DNA of 64,000 nucleotides from an uncultured Ignavibacteriales bacterium (GTDB lineage Bacteria; Bacteroidota; Ignavibacteria; Ignavibacteriales; Ignavibacteriaceae): NCBI GenBank assembly GCA_903929035.1, contig CAIYTF010000084.1, forward strand, positions 13,938 through 77,937, read 5' to 3'. How positions within the stretch are numbered: position 1 is the first letter of the stretch; each line of letters begins with the position of its first letter. Below, piece by piece: positions 60,196-64,000 of this stretch. Both the position numbers and the translations under genes were made by a program. The notes below the pieces were generated by a model. The model saw only the letters and a program-made list of their open reading frames with translations, was not told where the DNA came from and ran no database searches.

Positions 60196-61772
60196 TATAA
60201 TCCTCTTGTTTTCATTTTACGTGAAGTCATTATTCTCATTGTTCCGTGCAGCAAAATACCAAGCAGCGAAAGCAGCAAAGCACCTATACCTGCATATTCT
60301 ACTATCGGGTTATTATCTCTCGCGGGCATATAAAAATCTTTAAGGTTTGCCAGCCGGCTTCCCTGACTTGTATGACATTCGATACACTTCACAGAGTTTT
60401 CTTTTGATGAAACCATATGGTTCACGGGCCAATACATATTTGTTTGAATAAAAGCAATCTGCCCGCTAAATGGAAGATTTACATCACGCATACCTACTTC
60501 AGCAGCGCGTTTCCAGTTAAAATCCTTCCACAAAGCTCCTTCTCCTTTTTTATCGGAATAGAGTTTGGGCTGAATTAACATTTTTGTAACAGGGTCAAAC
60601 GGCTGACGTGCCCGATGAATTTTAACGGGAATTATTTTTGAATCTTTATCATTATACGCGCCGTTCAATTTATTTATTGTTAGCGGCTTAGAAGTATCAG
60701 ATACCGTATCGCCCAGCAGATAGTGATTTGCAGTGCCGTTAAACCAGATATATTCCGGCTTAAGATTCTTTCCCCACTTAAAACTGCCTTTTATTGAAAG
60801 ATAAGTATGATTTCCATCCTTGTCATCTTCTTCGTAAGGTTCACCGTTTTTTAACTTGCCGGCAGTGGACCAGTCCCACTCTGTTTTTGTTGCATTAACT
60901 TTCGCGTAGGTTGGAATGTGACAAGTCTGACACGCTACTTTCAAAGTATGTCTATTAAGCACGGCATCCTCGTGCGGGTTTTCTGAATGGCACTGCTCGC
61001 AAGTTGCGCGATTACGATTCATTGAAGAGAGAGAATACATCTTACCGCTGATATTATGATTTTCAGTTTTGTGACAATCAACACATTGCAGATTCACTCC
61101 ATCCACTCCCATATGAACATCCACATCTTTTGCCGGTTCAAACATCGACTTTTCCAAATCGCCGTGCTTCACGTTATTGCCGCCGCCGCCAAAGAAATGG
61201 CACACACCGCAATTCGAACGCTTTGGTTTACCAACGTGCCGCGCGATGTTGGCAAGGTCTAAATTGCCCATTGGTGCGCCACCCTTTTCAGGTGCCTTCG
61301 TGTATGTTTCAGTGTTATCGTGGCAGATAAGGCAGTCAATGTTGGTTGAATCAGTAAACGAAAATGTTTTTGCATCGGTCATACCAAATCCAATGTGGCA
61401 CTTGGCACAGCTTGTTTCGTTACCCTCTGTGCCAATACAAAAATTGTTAATAGCATTTTTCTTCCCGAGATACACGACACCGCGTCCCTGAATATACTCC
61501 GGTTTTTCCCAATTCCAGTGATTGGACTTCATTACTTCTTTGTGCCGTTCCGTGTGGCACGAAATACAGGCAGCTGTTACCTGTCGCGGATCGGAAAATA
61601 CTTTTTGCAAAACCGCGAATTTAGTATGGTCCACAACCGGTACTTTTTTGGAGGTTAACTTTGCTCTCAGCAAAGAGAGAGGAGGTTTCTCTGTTTCTTT
61701 CGGGATAAGTATCCCAATTGAAATTATTAGCACTAATCCTATTAGCAAAAGAGCGATAACTATTCTTTTCAA
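60195..61772 (-). CDS. otr: Octaheme c-type cytochrome, tetrathionate reductase (OTR) family
   Basis: Eight CxxCH motifs (CISCH, CAKCH, CLICH, CGVCH, CVDCH, CEQCH, CQTCH, CIECH); HW.W, GK.N.INNFC, CHFFGGGG..VKHGD, WDWSTAG, NHMV; N- and C-terminal hydrophobic helices. Confidence 0.9.
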   Translation of the reverse strand: MKRIVIALLLIGLVLIISIGILIPKETEKPPLSLLRAKLTSKKVPVVDHTKFAVLQKVFSDPRQVTAACISCHTERHKEVMKSNHWNWEKPEYIQGRGVVYLGKKNAINNFCIGTEGNETSCAKCHIGFGMTDAKTFSFTDSTNIDCLICHDNTETYTKAPEKGGAPMGNLDLANIARHVGKPKRSNCGVCHFFGGGGNNVKHGDLEKSMFEPAKDVDVHMGVDGVNLQCVDCHKTENHNISGKMYSLSSMNRNRATCEQCHSENPHEDAVLNRHTLKVACQTCHIPTYAKVNATKTEWDWSTAGKLKNGEPYEEDDKDGNHTYLSIKGSFKWGKNLKPEYIWFNGTANHYLLGDTVSDTSKPLTINKLNGAYNDKDSKIIPVKIHRARQPFDPVTKMLIQPKLYSDKKGEGALWKDFNWKRAAEVGMRDVNLPFSGQIAFIQTNMYWPVNHMVSSKENSVKCIECHTSQGSRLANLKDFYMPARDNNPIVEYAGIGALLLSLLGILLHGTMRIMTSRKMKTRGL

Positions 61773-61824
61773 ATTTATTTTCCTATGTTGTTAATTGTTA
61801 ATTGGTACTTGTCAGCCCAAAATA

Positions 61825-61840
61825 TTCAAATTGAGTGCCT
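61825..61840 (-). promoter_or_regulatory. Sigma54-like -24/-12 element upstream of otr (non-canonical)
   Basis: Minus strand AGGCACTCAATTTGAA = GG-N10-GA. Confidence 0.35.
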
Positions 61841-61875
61841 AAATAATAGCTTTACTTTGATAATTTACCATTATT

Positions 61876-62352
61876 TTACATTTTACCATTATTATTTGTA
61901 TGTTCGATGATTGCAGATTTTACGTGATTGCAGTCAGTAAAATCTCGATACACCGGACATTCGCTGCAGGGGCTTGTCTCACATACATTATCGAAGTGTT
62001 TATATGACCAGCAAGGCTTTTCGGAAGATGTATATGCTTCGCACTTTTCCCTATCAGCCTTGGAACAGCCTTTTATTTTCCAGCAGGGTATCATAGCGAA
62101 GGCCATTTTTACACCGGCAATTCCAATTTTCCTTTCGGTAATTGCTTTGCGCACGCAGGCAAGACGGTCAATATCCAATTGGGAATATAGTCTCTGTTTC
62201 GATTCCTTTTTATATGGCAGCACAAAACCCTCTATTTCATAAAGCCGCAACAATGGAATTGAAATTCCCAATAACTTTGCCGCTACCCTAATTGGGTATA
62301 GCGGCATATCCGCCGAAATATTTTTTATGCCGCCTGCATCCTTATTTTGCAA
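61876..62352 (-). CDS. MerR-family regulator with Cys-rich (two-CW) C-terminal domain
   Basis: YPIRVAAKLLGI....LRLYE..G....RLYS..D HTH; C-terminal CW.IKGC...C...PCW...C...C..C. Confidence 0.85.
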   Translation of the reverse strand: MQNKDAGGIKNISADMPLYPIRVAAKLLGISIPLLRLYEIEGFVLPYKKESKQRLYSQLDIDRLACVRKAITERKIGIAGVKMAFAMIPCWKIKGCSKADREKCEAYTSSEKPCWSYKHFDNVCETSPCSECPVYRDFTDCNHVKSAIIEHTNNNGKM

Positions 62353-62373
62353 TTTACTTTCTTTGTAATGAAC

Positions 62374-62404
62374 TTGATAATTATAGCTATCAACTTTCTT
62401 GCCA
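62374..62404 (-). promoter_or_regulatory. Sigma54-like element overlapped by a palindromic operator upstream of merR
   Basis: Minus strand TGGCAAGAAAGTTGAT (GG-N10-GA); palindrome TTGATA-N8-TATCAA at 62374-62393. Confidence 0.45.
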
Positions 62405-62532
62405 ATTTAGATTATCTGTTTTTGACACAATTTTGATGAGCGAATATCGAATTTTTTCATAAATGAGAATGCTATATTTGTCAAAAGTGAGAGGACTTTC
62501 ATAAATGAGCAGGTTGTATAAAAGTAATCAAC

Positions 62533-62565
62533 AAAAAAAAGGCTGCCTTGTGAAAGACAGCCTTT
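62533..62565 (-). terminator. Intrinsic terminator after groEL
   Basis: AAAAAAAAGGCTGCC-loop-GACAGCCTTT; U8 tract on minus strand. Confidence 0.85.
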
Positions 62566-62589
62566 GTAAAACAGGAGAGGGAAAAGATA

Positions 62590-64000
62590 TTAATACATAT
62601 CGCCCATACCCTGCGGAGATGCAGGCATCATAGGGGCTTTGTTTTCATCTTTTTTCTCGAAAACGACAGCTTCAGTTGTTATCAATAATGATGACACTGA
62701 TGCGGCATTTTGAAGAGCAGTTCTGGCAACCTTGGTTGGGTCAATAACGCCGGCTTTCAGCAAGTTTTCATAAACTTCTGTAGCAGCATTGAATCCAAAG
62801 TCATTCTTGCCCTCTTTAACTTTTGCAAGAATTACCGAGCCTTCAAGTCCGGCATTGCTGACTATCTGACGAAGTGGTTCTTCAAGAGCTTTGACGATGA
62901 TTTGAATACCGGTTGTCTGGTCATCGTTATCACCTTTCAAATTAGCAAGTTTTTCAATCGCGCGGACGAAAGCAACACCGCCACCGGGGATGATACCTTC
63001 TTCAACTGCAGCGCGGGTCGCGTGCAAAGCATCTTCAACGCGTGCTTTCTTTTCTTTCATTTCAATTTCTGTGGATGCACCGATTTTTAATACAGCAACA
63101 CCGCCAGAAAGTTTTGCAAGACGTTCCTGCAATTTTTCGCGATCGTAATCTGAAGTTGTTTTGTCAATTTGCGCTTTAATTTCATTAATGCGTTTCTTGA
63201 TTTCATCAGCAACTCCGGCACCTTCAACAATTGTAGTGTTATCTTTATCGATAGAAACTCTCATTGCAGTGCCAAGTTTTGAAATGTCCGCGTTTTCGAG
63301 TTTGAATCCGCGTTCTTCGGAGATAACGGTACCGTTAGTAAGAACAGCTATATCTTCAAGCATTGCTTTTCTTCTGTCGCCAAAGCCAGGGGCTTTTACC
63401 GCGGCAACTTTCAAAGTTCCGCGAAGTTTGTTCACTACTAAAGTAGCAAGTGCTTCACCTTCAAGGTCTTCAGCAATTATGAGAAGTGAGCGTCCGCCTT
63501 GAGCAACTTTCTCAAGTACAGGGAGCAAATCTTTCATAGCAGAAATTTTCTTGTCGTGGATTAGAATGAACGGATTCTCTAATACTGATTCCATTCTCTC
63601 TGCATCTGTGACAAAATAAGGGGAGAGATAGCCACGATCAAACTGCATACCTTCAACAACGGCTAAGGTTGTTTCGGTGCCTTTTGCTTCTTCAACGGTG
63701 ATAACGCCGTCTTTGCCGACTTTTTCCATTGCATCAGCAATTAATTCGCCAATGAATTTTTCGTTGTTAGCAGAGATAGAACCAACCTGAGCAATTTCTT
63801 CTCTTCCTTCAACTTCTTTGCTCATCGATTTGAGAACCGCGACAACTTCGTTAACTGCAATGTCAATACCGCGTTTGAGGTCCATCGGGTTTGCACCGGC
63901 AGTTACATTCTTCAAGCCTTCACGATAGATAGCCTGAGCTAAAACAGTCGCCGTTGTTGTTCCGTCACCCGCGGCATCGCTGGTTTTGGAAGCAACTTCG
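62590..64000 (-). CDS. groEL: Chaperonin GroEL (5'-truncated by window edge)
   Basis: [12 protein letters not shown] at the edge, [22 protein letters not shown], Gly/Met tail. Confidence 0.98.
   Translation of the reverse strand, partial: EVASKTSDAAGDGTTTATVLAQAIYREGLKNVTAGANPMDLKRGIDIAVNEVVAVLKSMSKEVEGREEIAQVGSISANNEKFIGELIADAMEKVGKDGVITVEEAKGTETTLAVVEGMQFDRGYLSPYFVTDAERMESVLENPFILIHDKKISAMKDLLPVLEKVAQGGRSLLIIAEDLEGEALATLVVNKLRGTLKVAAVKAPGFGDRRKAMLEDIAVLTNGTVISEERGFKLENADISKLGTAMRVSIDKDNTTIVEGAGVADEIKKRINEIKAQIDKTTSDYDREKLQERLAKLSGGVAVLKIGASTEIEMKEKKARVEDALHATRAAVEEGIIPGGGVAFVRAIEKLANLKGDNDDQTTGIQIIVKALEEPLRQIVSNAGLEGSVILAKVKEGKNDFGFNAATEVYENLLKAGVIDPTKVARTALQNAASVSSLLITTEAVVFEKKDENKAPMMPASPQGMGDMY

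Noticed and set aside
61876..62590. MerR gene as HspR regulating groEL
   Set aside because: Separated from groEL by a strong terminator, carries a Cys-rich domain not found in HspR, and its palindrome differs from the HAIR motif; linkage to otr fits better
1093..63502. The many short antisense and alternate-frame ORFs in the track overlapping recognised genes
   Set aside because: Shadow ORFs with no recognisable motifs, fully explained by the real genes
1..64000. CRISPR array, cas genes, prophage, transposase or integrase genes
   Set aside because: No regularly spaced direct repeats and no such ORFs; repeats are dispersed or palindromic

Overview
Low-GC bacterial chromosomal window, mostly core genome. 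Gene content (Chlorobi-type ilv-leu-cimA operon, PorV-like barrels, prs-rplY-pth-rpsF-rpsR-rplI) suggests the Ignavibacteria/Chlorobi lineage; this is inference. In order: partial RsmF-like methyltransferase; REC-Hpt protein; MetW/FkbM/glycosyltransferase cluster; 2386-aa secreted repeat protein with two outer-membrane barrels; kdsC; dCMP deaminase; ilvDBNC-leuBACD-cimA with an unannotated Leu/Ile/Val-rich leader peptide; orphan DUF2442; amtB-porin-PII; pabBC; CNNM protein; trxA; SDR; TonB receptor with ECF sigma/anti-sigma/CpxP; ribosomal genes; smpB; tyrS; pyruvoyl arginine decarboxylase; tRNA-Ala(CGC); nuoA-F; gdhA; heme-c MCP; nitrilase-family hydrolase; SIMPL; a sulfur-oxyanion module; partial groEL. 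Most notable: (1) the sulfur module (Cys-rich MerR, octaheme OTR, cytochrome b, two YeeE, one with a Cys-less rhodanese and a SoxY-like GGC tail); (2) apparent absence of CATG with abundant CGCG; (3) several small non-coding repeat families, including a MITE with a TAA duplication supported by an empty site in the window. All family calls come from motif recognition by eye, not database searches.
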